From the NCBI RefSeq assembly GCF_009914755.1, contig NC_060933.1: a stretch of 64,000 nucleotides of DNA; one strand, given 5' to 3'. The DNA is from the human T2T-CHM13v2.0 reference genome, Homo sapiens. A program made the translations under genes and the position numbers. This document shows, piece by piece, positions 1 through 16,113 of this stretch. The notes under the pieces were generated by a model that made no database searches, had not been told where the DNA came from, and saw only the letters and a program-made list of their open reading frames with translations. Each line of letters opens with the position of its first letter. The stretch's first letter is position 1.

Positions 1-19
1 CTAACAGTCCGAGGGTGCC

Positions 20-640
20 AGGGTGGGCAAGGGTGTGAGCAACACAGGCTCCTGCCCCATGACTGGGTATGTGACTTGGCCCTGGCACTTGGAAACCGGT
101 GTGACATCAGCTAGCAGAGCTAACAGATGCCTGCCCTAAACCCAGCAATTCCACTCCTGGGTGAGTCCCCACACATATGTACCCAGAGACAGGCACAAAA
201 ATGCTCCCAGGAACTTTGTTCAGAGTAGCAAAGGAGTGAGGCAGCCTTTGGCAGTAGAGTGGACAAATTGTGTGAATTCATACAACAAAAACAACACATT
301 GAGGACAAATTCATTACAGTTACATACTTAGCCATGTGTGAATCTTAAGAACATGATGTTGAGTGAAGAGGCCAGTCACAAAAAATATATATCACATGGT
401 TCCATTTTTATCAAGTCTGAAAGTATGCAAAATTACACACTGCAGCATTTAGGGATGCAGACACACACGGTGAGATGAAATCTGAACAAACAAGGGAATT
501 GTTAACACAGAATTAGGGTGGTGGTTACCTCTAGATTGAAGGGATGCCCACGGGCATTTCTATTTCTTAAGCCAAGTGATGGGGCATAGATGGGCATTTC
601 TTAGTATTCTTTACCCCTTATATGTGTGTTATACATCATC
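20..640 (+). mobile_element. Old L1 (L1ME-like) 3' end fragment
   Basis: Contains cccagcaattccactcctgggt, gatgttgagtgaagaggccagtcacaaaa and gtggtggttacctct, typical of old L1M 3' ends. Confidence 0.7.
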
Positions 641-1332
641 ATTCCTAAGACTTCACTATTATTGAAAATAATTGAGGAGTTTATTATTTTACTTCCCTTC
701 ATGTGCTAACAGCCCAGGGGCCCACCCTGAGATACACAGCCCGGCTCACCTTCCTCCCTGCCTGCTGGCCTCACTCTCTCTTTTTCCCGCAGATCCTGGC
801 CAAACAGGATGGCTTTGCTTTTCCTCTAGGGTCTAGCCAGAGGCCTCTCTACTGTAGCCATAGGGAAGACTCCCCGATCTCGTCCTCCACATCTGCTCTC
901 AGAATGAACAAGGGATTCATGATAAAACATTCTGATTTAATATTCTCAGCGTGTCCTCCCTGTCCCATCAGTTCATTCTGGGTGTCCTGTCCTCTCTCTA
1001 CCCCTCCCAATACACCGGGAAAATGCTCCCGGAGGCTCCCAGTTAATAGTGGGGACGTCCTGACCAGAATGCAGATGCTTCACTTGGTGTCCTTGGCCCG
1101 GTCTTGCCAAGCATCCAGCCTGTCCCTGGGTGTGATCAGCTTCTCCTTCCCTGGGGTCCAGACCCTTCTTCCTAAGGCTCATCACCATCAGAACAGGCTG
1201 TGGAGCTGCTCTGCAGTCAGGACACAGGCCCTTGGGGGCGTCCCATGGCACTGGGTCTGTGGCTGTGATTGGCCAGAAACACAGGGGCTCAGTCCCCCAA
1301 GTAATGGGCACCCCATTTTTTTCAACACTGGG

Positions 1333-1799
1333 TGTTATGAGTTGAATAGCACTCAGTTATGAGTTGAATGACCCCCCACCAAATTTATGCTGAAGTGCTG
1401 ACCCCCAGGACCTCAGGATGTGACCTTATTTGGAAATAAGACTGTTGCACAGGTAATTTGTTAAGAAGCCGTACTAAAGCAGAGTGGGTCCTAATCCAAC
1501 ATGACATATTCTTACAGGAGGAGAGACATAGACACAGATCCATAGGGGGAAAAGGCCATGTGACCACAGAGGCAGAGATGAAGTGCTGCAGCCATAAGCC
1601 AAGGAACTCCAAGATTGCAGGTCACCACCAGAAGCTGGAAGAGGCATGAAGGATCTTCCCCTGGAGACTTCAGAGTGAGTGCGGCCCTGCTGACACCTTA
1701 ATTCCAGATTTGCAGGCTCCAGAACTGTGAGAATAAATTTCTATTTTTTTAAGACACCAAGTTTGTGGTGGTTTGTGACGGCAGCTCAGGAAACGAACA
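1333..1799 (+). mobile_element. MLT1 (MLT1B/C-like) MaLR solo LTR
   Basis: Starts tgttatgagttgaat; contains gtgaccttatttggaaataag and ccctgctgacacctt...cctccagaactgtgagaataaattt; ends ggaaacgaaca. Confidence 0.85.
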
Positions 1800-2091
1800 C
1801 GCTGGCTATCTCATCACCAAATAAAGCTAAAACCACCTGAAATTCCATCACCCAGAGGAAATTGCAGCTTCTGACAGCCGCACCTCCCGAGTAGTTCCTG
1901 TGCATAGCCACTGCACTGATTTATAGCACCGAGGCGTGCTTCTCGGGCTGCTCTGAAACCTGCTTGCAGATATACGGTAGATATTTACACATGGATCTAC
2001 AGCATGGATTCAAATGAGTGCAGCATTGCGTGCATGGAAAGAACAGCCTTTAACAAAGCTGCTGTTGGTGTATACTAAGGTTATTTCTTCG

Positions 2092-2171
2092 CTCCCTCCC
2101 TCTCCCTCTCTCCCTCTCTTATATCTTCTCTCTCTCTCTTTCCCTACACACTCCTGCTCTCTCTCTCTCTC
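2092..2171 (+). repeat. CT-rich simple repeat
   Basis: Imperfect (CT)n tract seen directly. Confidence 0.85.
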
Positions 2172-2664
2172 AAACTTCCCTGACTCTGTAAAGAAATGAG
2201 AAAACACAGACCTTTCTGATCACCAATGTTTTTAAATGCCTGTGTATTAATGACTGGTGAGTATGTGTGTTGACGAGTGGAAGGCAATCTTTCTTGTCTT
2301 AAATGAGAAAAAGTCATAGGAAAAATGGGCTTTGTGTTGTCAAACATTAGCCTGAGCAGACGCCCTCTGAGCGCCCGACTCTAGGGGCTTCCTGAAACCA
2401 ATTGCATTTTTCCTGAAGGAGTGTGTTTAACGTCAGCACCCTGAGGAGCTTGGCCGAGAAGAGCCCCGAAGGCCAAATATTTACACAGCCAACCCCAGAG
2501 CCCCATGGAAATGACCTCATGAACGTTGTTTCTAATTCATAAGACATGGTGATGAATAGTGAATAGGAGCCGCAGCCTCTCTAATCCTCACTCCAACACT
2601 CAGGGAATGGGTTCCTGGGTGGGGAGTGAGCTGGGGACTGCAGGGGGAAAAGACTTTGGTGTCC

Positions 2665-2880
2665 TGCAGGAGTGGGTTTCAATCTTGGCTCCAACTTCCT
2701 TGTTGTGTGACCTTAGATAGGTCATTGCAGCTTTCTGAGCCTCATTTCCTTCTATAAAATGTACATGAAATGGATGTCAACTCCCAGATTTATGGAGAGG
2801 ATGGAATGTAATGATGAATGGATGAATGTAAACCTCTGTCCACATGCCAGCGGGCAGTGGGGCAGGGGGCTTAATGAATG
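2665..2880 (+). mobile_element. MIR SINE
   Basis: MIR core-like tgtgtgaccttagataggtcattgcagctttctgagcctcatttccttctataaaatg. Confidence 0.75.
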
Positions 2881-2894
2881 GCTATAAAGGCCTC

Positions 2895-3365
2895 AGGAGA
2901 GAGCCACCCTGGCTTGCTGAGGGTTAAATCAGATGGTGGAGCAGATTCTAGGCAAACAGCAAACCAATAGGAGGTGTCACTAATATTCTCTTTACTCTTC
3001 AATTTGGCAACCACCAGTTAGAGAGCTGCTGATTTGTGACTGTCCTCTGGCCCACCATCCAGTCTCTGCCTGTATCCTCAGCCTACATCCAACTGGACAA
3101 ATACTGCATTTTCCTTGTCCCTTGGGTCGAATATCTCTGAGAAGCATATTCTACATTGGGTCATGGGGATCTCTAGTGGGATTAAGCTGCAGTTGCCTAC
3201 AGTGGTATGTTTCTTAAAAATGTACCTTCTACTTCTCTGCCTGCCCTTCCCTCTTTTATGACCCTACTCCCCTTTTGGTATTTCCTGGAATTATGCCTCA
3301 AATAAGCTACTTGCACTTGTAATGCTTGTCCACAGGTTGGCTTCTGGAAAAGCCCAAAAGGATGT
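2895..3365 (+). mobile_element. ERVL LTR fragment (LTR16-like)
   Basis: 3' portion aaataagctacttgcac...ttggcttctggaaaagcccaaa resembles LTR16-family ends; left boundary uncertain. Confidence 0.5.
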
Positions 3366-3369
3366 GTCT

Positions 3370-3575
3370 TCTTCATCTCTGAATCAACCAAACTTCAGTT
3401 CCCATGGCCTGCAAGAACTGTCTCCCTGTTCTCAGCAAATTGTACCCCATTCTTCCAATCACTCAAACCCAAACTCTGGAAATATCTTTGATCCCTTTCT
3501 TCATTGACTTCACATCTCATCCATCACCAATATTCTCTTGCCTCTAACTTCAAAACATATCCAGAGTCTCTGCAT
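3370..3575 (+). mobile_element. L2 fragment (left part of a split L2)
   Basis: cacatctcatccatcaccaa...ctaacttcaaaacatatccagag matches the L2 3' region; the next consensus segment appears at ~32195. Confidence 0.65.
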
Positions 3576-4565
3576 ATCATATTCATATTGCTGAAAAGCA
3601 ATTGTAACAGGAAAAATCTAAGAGAAAAAAGAAGCATTGTATACAGAAGTACAAAGATAAGAAAAACAGCTGACTTCTTCTCAGAATCTATGCAAGTCAG
3701 AAAAGAGTGGAGGCAAAATGAAGGTAAAGACAACACCAAATGCAGGTGAGCAGATCAACAGGAACTCTCATTCGTTGCTGATGGGAGTGCAAAATGGTAC
3801 AGCCACTTTGGAAGAAAATCTGGCAGTTTCTTACAAAGCTAAACATCCTCCTGCAATACAATCCTCAGGTAATTCCCTTGGTATTTACTCAAATGAACAG
3901 AAAACTTATGTCCATGCAAAATCCTGCACACAAATGTTTATAGTGGTTTATCCATTAGTGCCCTAAACTGAAATAAATCGATATTTTTCAATAGGTGAAT
4001 GAACAAACTGTGGTATGTCCATACAATAAAATATTATTCAGCACTAAAAAGAAATAAGTGATTAAGCTGCAAAAATACATGGAGGAAACATTTACGTATG
4101 TTGCTAAGTGAAAGAAGCCAATCTGAAAATGTTGCATACTGTGTGATTTCAACTATATGACATCTTGAAAAAAACAAAACTATGGAGGCAGTAAAAAGAT
4201 TAGTAGTAACCAGGGGGGAGGGAGAGAGGGAGGGATAAATACGTGAAGCACAGAGAATGTTTAAAACAGTGAAACTATTCTATATTATACTGTAATGGTG
4301 GATACATGTCATTATACAATTTTCAAAACCCGCAGAATGTACAACTGAAGAGTGAACCCTAATATAAACTATGAACTTTAGTTAATAATAATGTATCATT
4401 GGCTCATCAATTATAATACATTTACAACACCAGTGCAAGATGTTAGTAATGGGGGAAACTGTGTATGTTTGGGGGAGGATGAGGTGTAGGAGAACTCTCT
4501 GTATTTTCTGCTCAATTTTTCTGTAAACCTAAAACTTCTAAAAACTAGAGCCAATCACTTAAGAA
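3576..4565 (+). mobile_element. L1M ORF1 fragment followed by an L1MC-type 3' end
   Basis: ORF1-like acagctgacttcttctcagaatctatgcaagtcag, then L1MC 3' motifs gcaaaatggtacagccactttggaag and gctcaatttttctgtaaacctaaaact. Confidence 0.8.
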
Positions 4566-4737
4566 AAGATGACATCAAAGATTTTCAATTTCTGTTCTAA
4601 TAAGTAAGAAACCTGGAAGTCATCACTCCTGTCCCCACAATGAAGAAAGGTGAACAAATGGAAAATCAAGAACTCTTAAATCCATCCGAGAATTGAATTC
4701 ATAGAGGAAATGGCCACAGTTAAAACTGCAGAGTTGG

Positions 4738-7400
4738 ACTACACCCAAAACAACAGAATATACACTCATTTCTTTGCCACATGGCACATACTCTAAAATT
4801 GATCACATAATTGGAAGTAAAGCACCCTTCAGTAAATACAAAAGAGCTGAAATGATAACAAACAGCCTCTTAAATATAGCACAATCAAATTAGAAATTAA
4901 GACTAAGAAATTCACTCAAAACCATACAATTACATGGAAATTCAATAACCTGCTCTTGAAGGACCTTTGGGTAGATAATGAAATTAAGGTAGAAATCAGA
5001 AGTTCTTTGAAACTAATGAGAACAAAGATACAACATACCAGAATCTCTGGGACACAGCCAAGGCAGTGTTAAGAGGGAAATTTATAGCACTGAATGCTCC
5101 CATAGAAAGGTTAGAAAGATCTCAAGGTAACACCTAACAACACGACTAAAATAACTTGAAAACCAAGAGCAAATCAATCTCAAAGCTAGTAGGAGACAAG
5201 AAATAACCAAAATCAGAGCTGAACTGAAGGAGATTGAGACATGAAAAAGCATTCAAAAGATCAACTAATCCAGGAGCTGGTTTTCTTGAAAAAAATAATA
5301 TAATAGATCACTAGCTAAACTAACAAAGAAAAAAAGAGAGAAAATCCAAACAAAACACAATTGGAAACGACAAGGGGGATGTCACCACTGACCCCATAGA
5401 AATACAAACAACCATCAGAGAATATTATGAACACCTCTATGCACATAATATCTAGAAGAAATGGATAAATTCCTGGACAAATACACACTCCCAAGACTGA
5501 ACCAGGAAGAAATTGAATCCCTGAACAGACCCATAACAAGCTCTGAAATTGAGTCAGTAATAAATAGCCTACCAACCAAAAAACAAACAAACAAACAAAC
5601 AAACAAAACCCTAGAATCAGACAAATTCACAGCTGAGTTCTACCAGATATACAAAGAAGAACTGGTACCATTCCCGCTGAAACTATTCTGAAAAACTGAG
5701 GAGGAGGGACACCTCCCTAACTCATTCTATGAGGCCATCATCATGCTTATACCAAAACCTGACAGAGACACAACAATAAAAAGAAAACTTAGTTCTTCAC
5801 AGGACTAAGAAAAACTATTTTAAAATTCATATGGAACAAAAAAAGAGCCCAAAGAGCCAAGGCAATCCTAAGCAAAAAGAACAAAACTGGAAGCATTATG
5901 CTTCTCAACTTAAAACTATTCCTCAAAGGTAATTCCTCAAAGACCTAAAAATGGAACTTAAAACTACAAGCCTATAGTAACCAAAACAGCATAGCACTGG
6001 TACAAAAACATGCATAGACCATGGAACAGAATAGAGAATGCACAAATAAGGCCACACACCTACAACTATCTGATCTTTGACAAACCTGACAAAAACCTGA
6101 CAAAAACAAGTAATGGGGAGAGGACTCCCTGTTTAATAAATGGTGCTGGGAAAACTGGCTAGCCATATCCAGAAGATTGATACTGACCCCTTCCTTACAC
6201 CATACACAAAAATTAACTCAATATGGATTAAAGACCTAAGTGTAAAATACAAACCTACAAACCCTCTGGAAGACAACCTAGGCAATAGCATTTTGGACAT
6301 AAAATGGGCAAAGATTTCATGACGAAGATGCCAAAAGCAATTGCAACAAAACAAAAAATAGACAAATGGGATCTAATTAAACTAAAGAGCTTCTGCACAG
6401 CAAAAGAAACTATCAACAGAGTAAACAGGCAACCTACAGGATGGGAGAAAAAATTTGCAAACTATGCACCCGACAAAGGTCTCGTATCCAGCATCTATAA
6501 GAAACTTGAGCAAATTTACAATAAAAACCAAACAACCCTATTAAAAAATGGGAAAAGGACATGAACAGACACTTTTGAAAAGAAGATATACATGTGGTCA
6601 ACAACCTTATGAAAAAAAGCTCAACATCACTGATCATTAGAGAAATGCACATCAAAACCAAATAAGATACCATCTCATACCAGTCAGAATGGCTGTTATT
6701 AAAAAGTCAGAAAATAACGATGCTAGGGAGATTGTGGAGAAAAAGGAATGCTTATACACTGTTGGTGGGAGTGTAAATTAATTCAACCATTGTGGAAGAC
6801 AGTGTGATGATTCCTCAAAGACCTAAAAACAGAACTACCTTTAGACCCAGCAATCCTATTACTGGATATATACCCAAAGGAATATAAATCATTCTATTAT
6901 AAAGACACATGCACGTGTATGTTCATTGCAGTGCTATTCACAATAGCAAAGACATGGAATCAACCTAAATACCCATCAATGGTAGACTGGATAAAGAAAA
7001 TGTGGTACATATACACCCTGGAATATTATGCAGCCATAAAAAAGAATGAGATTATGTCCTTTGCAGGGACATGGATGGAGCTGGAGGCCATTATCCTCAG
7101 CAAACTAACACAGGAAGAAAAAATCAAATACCACATGTTCTCACTTATAAGTTGGAGCTAAATGATGAGAACACATGGACACATGGAGAATAACAGACAC
7201 TGGGTTCTATCAGAGAGTGGAGGGTGGAAGGAGGGAGAGGATCAGGAGAAATAACTAATGGGTACTAGGCTTAATACATGGGTTATGAAATAATCTGTAC
7301 AATAAACCCCCATGACACAAGTTTCCCTATATAACAAACTTGCACATATACCCTGAAAGTCAAAATAAAAGTTAAACTTTAAAAATGTAAAAAACATTTT
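4738..7400 (+). mobile_element. 5'-truncated L1PA (L1PA13-16-like) with an internal ORF2 deletion
   Basis: ORF2 fragments (5461-5691 [17 protein letters not shown], 6304-6564, 6919-7161); 3' UTR ggtactaggcttaatac...; TSD aaaactg(c/g)agagtt at ~4722 and ~7402; jump in ORF2 at ~5790. Confidence 0.9.
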
Positions 7401-7519
7401 AAAAACTGGAGAGTTAGGAAGGTACTGAAGAGTTAGGTTAGAATTACAGCTTACCATAAGCTGAAGCTACTGCTAAAGTCAGTGACTGTAGAAACACTTG
7501 GAGTAATTGGCTTCATAGC

Positions 7520-10320
7520 TCATGTTTTATTGTTTTTGAGAATTGGAACCATTTCTTCCTTAAACATTTGGCACTATTCAGGAGTGAACTCATATGAGCT
7601 TGGCGCTGTCTATTCAGAAAGTTATTAATTATTAAGTCCTTTAATAGACATAGGACTATTCAGGTTACCTATTTCTCCTCATGTGAGTTTTGGTAGTTTG
7701 TGTCTTTCAAGAAATTGGTCCCTTTGATCTAAGTTGTCAAATTTGTGTACATATAGTTGTTCACAGAATTCTTTTATTATCCATTTATTATCTTTGAGAT
7801 CAGTAGTAATGACCCCTCTTTCATTTCTGATATTAGTAATTTGTATCTTCTCTCTTCTTTTCTTCATTAGCCTGTCTAGAGGTTTATCAATTTTATTGAT
7901 CTTTTCAATAACTAGCTTTTGGTTTTGTTGATTTTCTTTAACTGTTTCCTGTTTTTAGTTCGTTGATTTCTGCTCTAATATTATTGTTAGTTTTCTTCTG
8001 CTTACGTTGGACTTAATATGCTCTTTTTTCTGGTTTCCTAAGGCGCAAGTTTAGATTATTGATTCTAGGTATTTCTTCTTTGTAATGTATGCATTCAATG
8101 CTACACATTTTCCTCTAAGCATTGCCCTCTCTGCACTCCACAAACCTTGATGTTTTATTTTCATTTTATTTCATTCAAAATACTTTGAAAATGCTTTTGA
8201 GACTTCTTTAACCCATGGGTTATTTAAAAGCATGTGGCTTAATCTCCAAATATTTATGGATTTTTCAACTTTGTTTCTATTATTTCTTTATAGTTTAATT
8301 CCATTGTGGCCTGAGAGCATACTTTGTATCATTTCTATTCTTTTAAATGTGTTGAGGTGTGTTTTATCACCCAGAATGTGTCGTATCCTAATGAATATAC
8401 CATGTGAGCTTAAGAAGAATGTGCATTTTGCTGTTGTTGCATGTAGTATTATAACAACATCAATTTGATCCAGTTGATTGATGGTGCTATTCACTTCAAC
8501 GGTATTCTTACCAATTTTCTGTCTGCTGTAGCTGTTAATTAATGACAGAGGGGTGTTGGTGTGTTGAATTCACCAACTATCATAGTGTTGTCTATTTCTT
8601 CTTGCAGTTCTATCAATTTTTGCCTCACGTACTTTGATGCTCTATTATAAGGTACAAACACATTGAGAATCGCTATGTCTAATCAAAACCACAATGAGAT
8701 ACCATCTCACGCCAGTCAGAATGGTGATTATTAAAAAGTCAGGAAACAACAGATGCTGGAGAGGATGTGGAGAAATAGGAACCTTTTTACACTGTTGGTG
8801 GGACTGTAAATTAGTTCAACCATGGTGGAAGACAATGTGGCGATTCCAAGGATCTAGAACCAGAAATACCATTTGACCCAGCAATCCCATTACTGGGTAT
8901 ATACCCAAAGGATTATAAATCATTCTATTATAAAGACACACACACATGTATGTTTATTGCAGCACTATTTACAATAGCAAAGACTTGGAAGCAACCCAAA
9001 TGCCCATCAATGATAAACTGGATAAAGAAAATGTGGCACATATACACCATGGAATACTATGCAGCCATAAAAAAGAATGAGTTCATGTCCTTTGCAGAGA
9101 CATGGATGAAGCTGGAAACCATCATTCTCAGCAAACTAACACAGGAACAGAAAACCAAACACCACATGTTCTCACTCCTAAGTAGGAGTTGAACAACTAG
9201 AACACATGGACACAGGGAGGGGAACATCACACACTGGGGCCTGTCAGGGGATTTGGGGGAAGGGGAGGGAGAGCATTAGGACAAATACCTAATGCATGCG
9301 GGGCTTAAAACCTAGATAACAGGTTGATATGTGAAGCAAACCACCATGGCACATGTATACCTATCCAACAAACTTACACGTTCTGCACATGTATCCCAGA
9401 ACTTAAAGAAAAAAAAAAAAGAACTGCTATGTCTTTTTGGAGAATTGACACCTTCATTGTTAATTAGTGTTCCTCTTTATCCCTGATATATATATATTTT
9501 TTGCTCTGAAATCTGTGTTGTCTTAAACTAATATGGCAACTCAAGCTTTATTTAATTAGTGCATTAGCATGGTATGTCTATTTCCTTCCCTTCACTTTTA
9601 ATCTGTATCTTTATATTTCAAGGGGCTTTCTCATAGACCACATATTCTTAGGTCTTTTTTAACCTACTCTGACAGATTATTCCTATTTAAAATGATTATT
9701 TATATAGTCAGATTAATATCTGCCTTATTTGTAACAGTTTTCTATTCATTGCCATTGTTCTTTGGGTTTTGTTTTTATTTTTGTCTTCTGTTTTTAATTG
9801 ACTTCTCTAAACTGGGCATTTTATATTATTCCATTTTCTCTTCTTTCATAGTATGTTAATTGCACTCCTTTAAAAAATTCTTTTTTGTGGTTGGTCTAGA
9901 GTTTGCAATATACATTTACAACTAAATCAGGTCTACTTTCAAATAACACTGTACAGCTTTACAGGTAGTGCAGGTGCCTTATGACAGAGTATTCCCAATT
10001 CCTCACTCCCTTTAATATTGCTGTCATTCATTTCACTTATTCATAAGCTCTAATCAGCAAATACATCATTGTCATAATTAGTTTGAACAAACTGTTTTCC
10101 GTTAGGTTAATTAAGTCTAAGAAAAATAAAATATTTTATTTTACCTTCATTTATTCCTTCTCTAACACTATTTCTTTCTTTATGTACATCCAAATTTCTG
10201 GCCTATAATCAGTTTTTTTCTGTCTGACGAATATCTTTTAATATTTCTTATTTAAAAATTCTACTTGTGACAGATTACCTCCATTTTTGCTTTTCTGACA
10301 AAATCTTTATTTCTTTTCAT
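7520..10320 (-). mobile_element. Old L1M ORF2/inter-ORF region, interrupted by an L1PA
   Basis: Minus-strand ORFs 7679-7867 and 8288-8494 are L1 ORF2 endonuclease and downstream fragments. Confidence 0.8.
8681..9420 (+). mobile_element. L1PA (L1PA7-like) 3' end
   Basis: ORF2 C-terminus (8950-9192), 3' UTR and poly(A); TSD gaatcgctatgtct (8667-8680) / gaactgctatgtct (9421-9434). Confidence 0.92.
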
Positions 10321-10924
10321 TGAGATGACCACATGGCTTTTGTTTTCAATTCTGTTTATGTGATGAATCAAAATTATTGATTTGCATCTGTTGAACCAAC
10401 ATGGAATCCCAAAGCTCACTCAAGAAAAATTAGATAACCTGAATATTCCTGTCTGTTACCTAGATTACATAGTCCTGTGTCTGTTAACTGGATTGCATTC
10501 ATAGCTAAAAACCATTTCATTAGTAACATCAACATATGTGAGTTATCTGACTAATTATACCAAATATTTAAGGAATAAATAACAGTGATTCTACATCAAA
10601 TCTTTCAGAAAATACAAGAAAAGACAACACTTCTGAACTCATTTTATTGGGATAGCATTGCCCTGCTACTAAAACCAAGTTATTAGAATAAAAACACAGC
10701 AATATTCCTCATGAACACAGACCCAAAAAATGCCTAACAAGACATTTGAAACTTAAATCTAGAAATAAATATAAATAAATTATTAAAAAACCAAAACCAC
10801 ATTGTGTATCATGATCAAGGGATTTTGTACCATGAATGCAAGGTTGACTGAATATCTGAAATTCAATCAATGTAGTTCGTATTAACAGAATAAAGAAGTA
10901 AACCTTGTGATTAACAGAATTTTT

Positions 10925-11710
10925 ATATATATATATTTTTTATTATACTTTAAGTTCTGGGGTACATGTGCACAACATGCAGGTTTGTTACATATGTATA
11001 CATGTGCCACGTTGGTGTGCTGCACCCATCGACTCGTCTTTTACATTAGGTATATCTCCTAATGGTATCCCTCCCTGCTCCCCCCACCCCACAACAGGCG
11101 CCAGTGTGTGATGTTCGCCTTCCTGTGTTCAAGTGTTCTCACTGTTCAATTCCCACCTATGAGTGAGAACATGTGGTGTTTGGTTTTTTGTCCTTGCGAT
11201 AGTTTGCTGAGAATGATGGTTTCCAGCTTCATCCATGTCCCTACAAAGGACATGAACTCATCCTTTTTTATGGCTGCATAGTATTCCATGGTGTATATGT
11301 GCCACATTTTCTTAATCCAGTCTATCATTGATGGACATTTGGGTTGCTTCCAAGTCTTTGCTATTGTGAATAGTGCCGCAATAAACATACGTGTGCATGT
11401 GTCTTTATAGCAGCATGATTTATAATCCTTTGGGTATATACCCAGTAATGGGATGTCTGGGTCTAATGGTATTTCTAGTTCTAGATCCCTGAGGAATTGC
11501 CACACTGTCTTCCACAATGGTTGGTTGAACTAGTTTACAGTCCCACCAACAGTGTAAAAGTATTCCTATTTCTCCGCATCCTCTCCAGCACCTGTTGTTT
11601 CCTGACTTTTTAATGATCGCCATTCTAACTGGTGTGAGATGGTATCTCACTGTGGTTTTGATTTGCATTTCTCTGATGGCCAGTGATGATGAGCATTTTT
11701 TCATGTGTCT
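10925..11710 (-). mobile_element. Young L1PA (L1PA3-5-like) 3' end
   Basis: ORF2 C-terminus 11146-11517; T-rich tail; TSD gattaacagaattttt at 10909 and 11711. Confidence 0.93.
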
Positions 11711-11838
11711 GATTAACAGAATTTTTTAAGAAAGGATTTGATGAAAGTCGACACACATTCATGATAAAATTCTCAACAAACTAGGGATAGAAATAACTTC
11801 TTTAATCTGATGAAAGCATCTATAAAAAGCCTATGGCT

Positions 11839-12125
<287 letters not shown>

Positions 12126-12710
12126 TATATATATATAAAATTATATATTATATATTTAATATATTATATATAATATAATAATATATTATATATAATATAT
12201 TAATATATTATATATAATATATTATTATATTATATATAATATATTATTATATTATATATAATATAATAATATATTATATATAATATATTATTATATATTA
12301 TATTATTATATATTATATATAACATATATAATATATTATTATATTATATATGTTATATATAATATATAATAATATAATATATAATAATATATTATATATA
12401 ATATATATTATATATATTATATATAATATATTATATATAATATATATTATATATAATATATATAATATAATATATATAATATATATTATATATTATATAT
12501 TATATATAATACTATATAATAATATATATTATATATTATATATTATATATAATACTATATAATAATATATATTATATATAATACTATATAATAATATATA
12601 TTATATATAATACTATATAATAATATATATTATATATAATACTATATAATAATATATATTATATATAATACTATATAATAATATATATTATATATATTAC
12701 TATATATATT
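12126..12710. repeat. AT-rich repeat ending in a 29-bp minisatellite
   Basis: ~585 bp almost purely A/T; unit tactatataataatatatattatatataa repeats from ~12550 to 12700. Confidence 0.92.
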
Positions 12711-13032
12711 TGGAATTTGGAAGGGAAGAAGCAAAATTGGCCTTATTCACAAACAGCATTGTCCTCAATGTAGAAAATTCTAAGTAAATTTTCAAAAACT
12801 ACTATAATGTGAGTTTAGAAAGGATATAAAGTTAATGTACAAAAATTTCTTGTCTTTCTATACATTTGCAATGAATATTTGGAAATTGAAAATGAAATTA
12901 ACATTTTCAAAAGCATCAAAAATATGAAATACTTAGAAATTTAACAAAGTTTATGCAAAATATGTACACTGTAAATTATAAAATATTGCTGAAAGAAATT
13001 GAAGACTTAAATAAATAGATATAGCATGTTCA

Positions 13033-13473
<441 letters not shown>

Positions 13474-14113
13474 TCAGTTGATGCAGAACAAGCATTTGGG
13501 AAAAAAGCTCAACATTCTTTCATGGTGAAAATATTCAGAAAACTAGGAATAGAAGGGAACTTCCCTAACATAATAAGGGATTTATAAAAATCCAATAGCT
13601 ACCATCATAGTCAAGATGAAAGACAGAAAGCTTTGCTCTAAGATCAGGAATAAGATAAGAATGCCTGCTTTCACCAGTGCTATTGAATATAGCACTGGAA
13701 TTTCTAGCCATAGCAACTAAGCAGGAAAAAGAAATAAAAGGCATGCAAATTAGAAAGGAAAAAGTAAAACTTCCTCTATTTGCAGCTGACATGATCGCAT
13801 CTATAGACAACACTAAAGAAGCCACACAAAATTTACTAGAGCTAATAAATACAGCAAATCCTCAGGGAACAAAATCTTGCAAAAATAAGTGTTGTTTGTA
13901 TGCACCAGAAACAAATAATCTGGAAATGAAATTAAGAAAATAATTTCATTTACAATTGCATCAAAATAATAAGATATCTAGGAATAAACATAATCAAGGA
14001 TAGGAAAGACTTGTACACTAAAAGTTATAAATTATTACTGGAAGAAATTAAAGAAGACCTAAATAAATGGAAGGACATCCTTTGTTCATGAACTGGGAGA
14101 CTTAATAGTGCTA

Positions 14114-16113
<2,000 letters not shown>

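Noticed and set aside
703-1362. 219-aa ORF as a protein-coding gene
   Set aside because: Non-ATG start, no recognisable domain, and it runs into an MLT1 LTR. Kept only as a weak exon hypothesis.
12350-12562. Y/I/N-rich ORF
   Set aside because: Translation of the AT repeat.
12500-12710. 29-bp periodic repeat as a CRISPR-like array
   Set aside because: No unique spacers, and the context is eukaryotic. It is a minisatellite.
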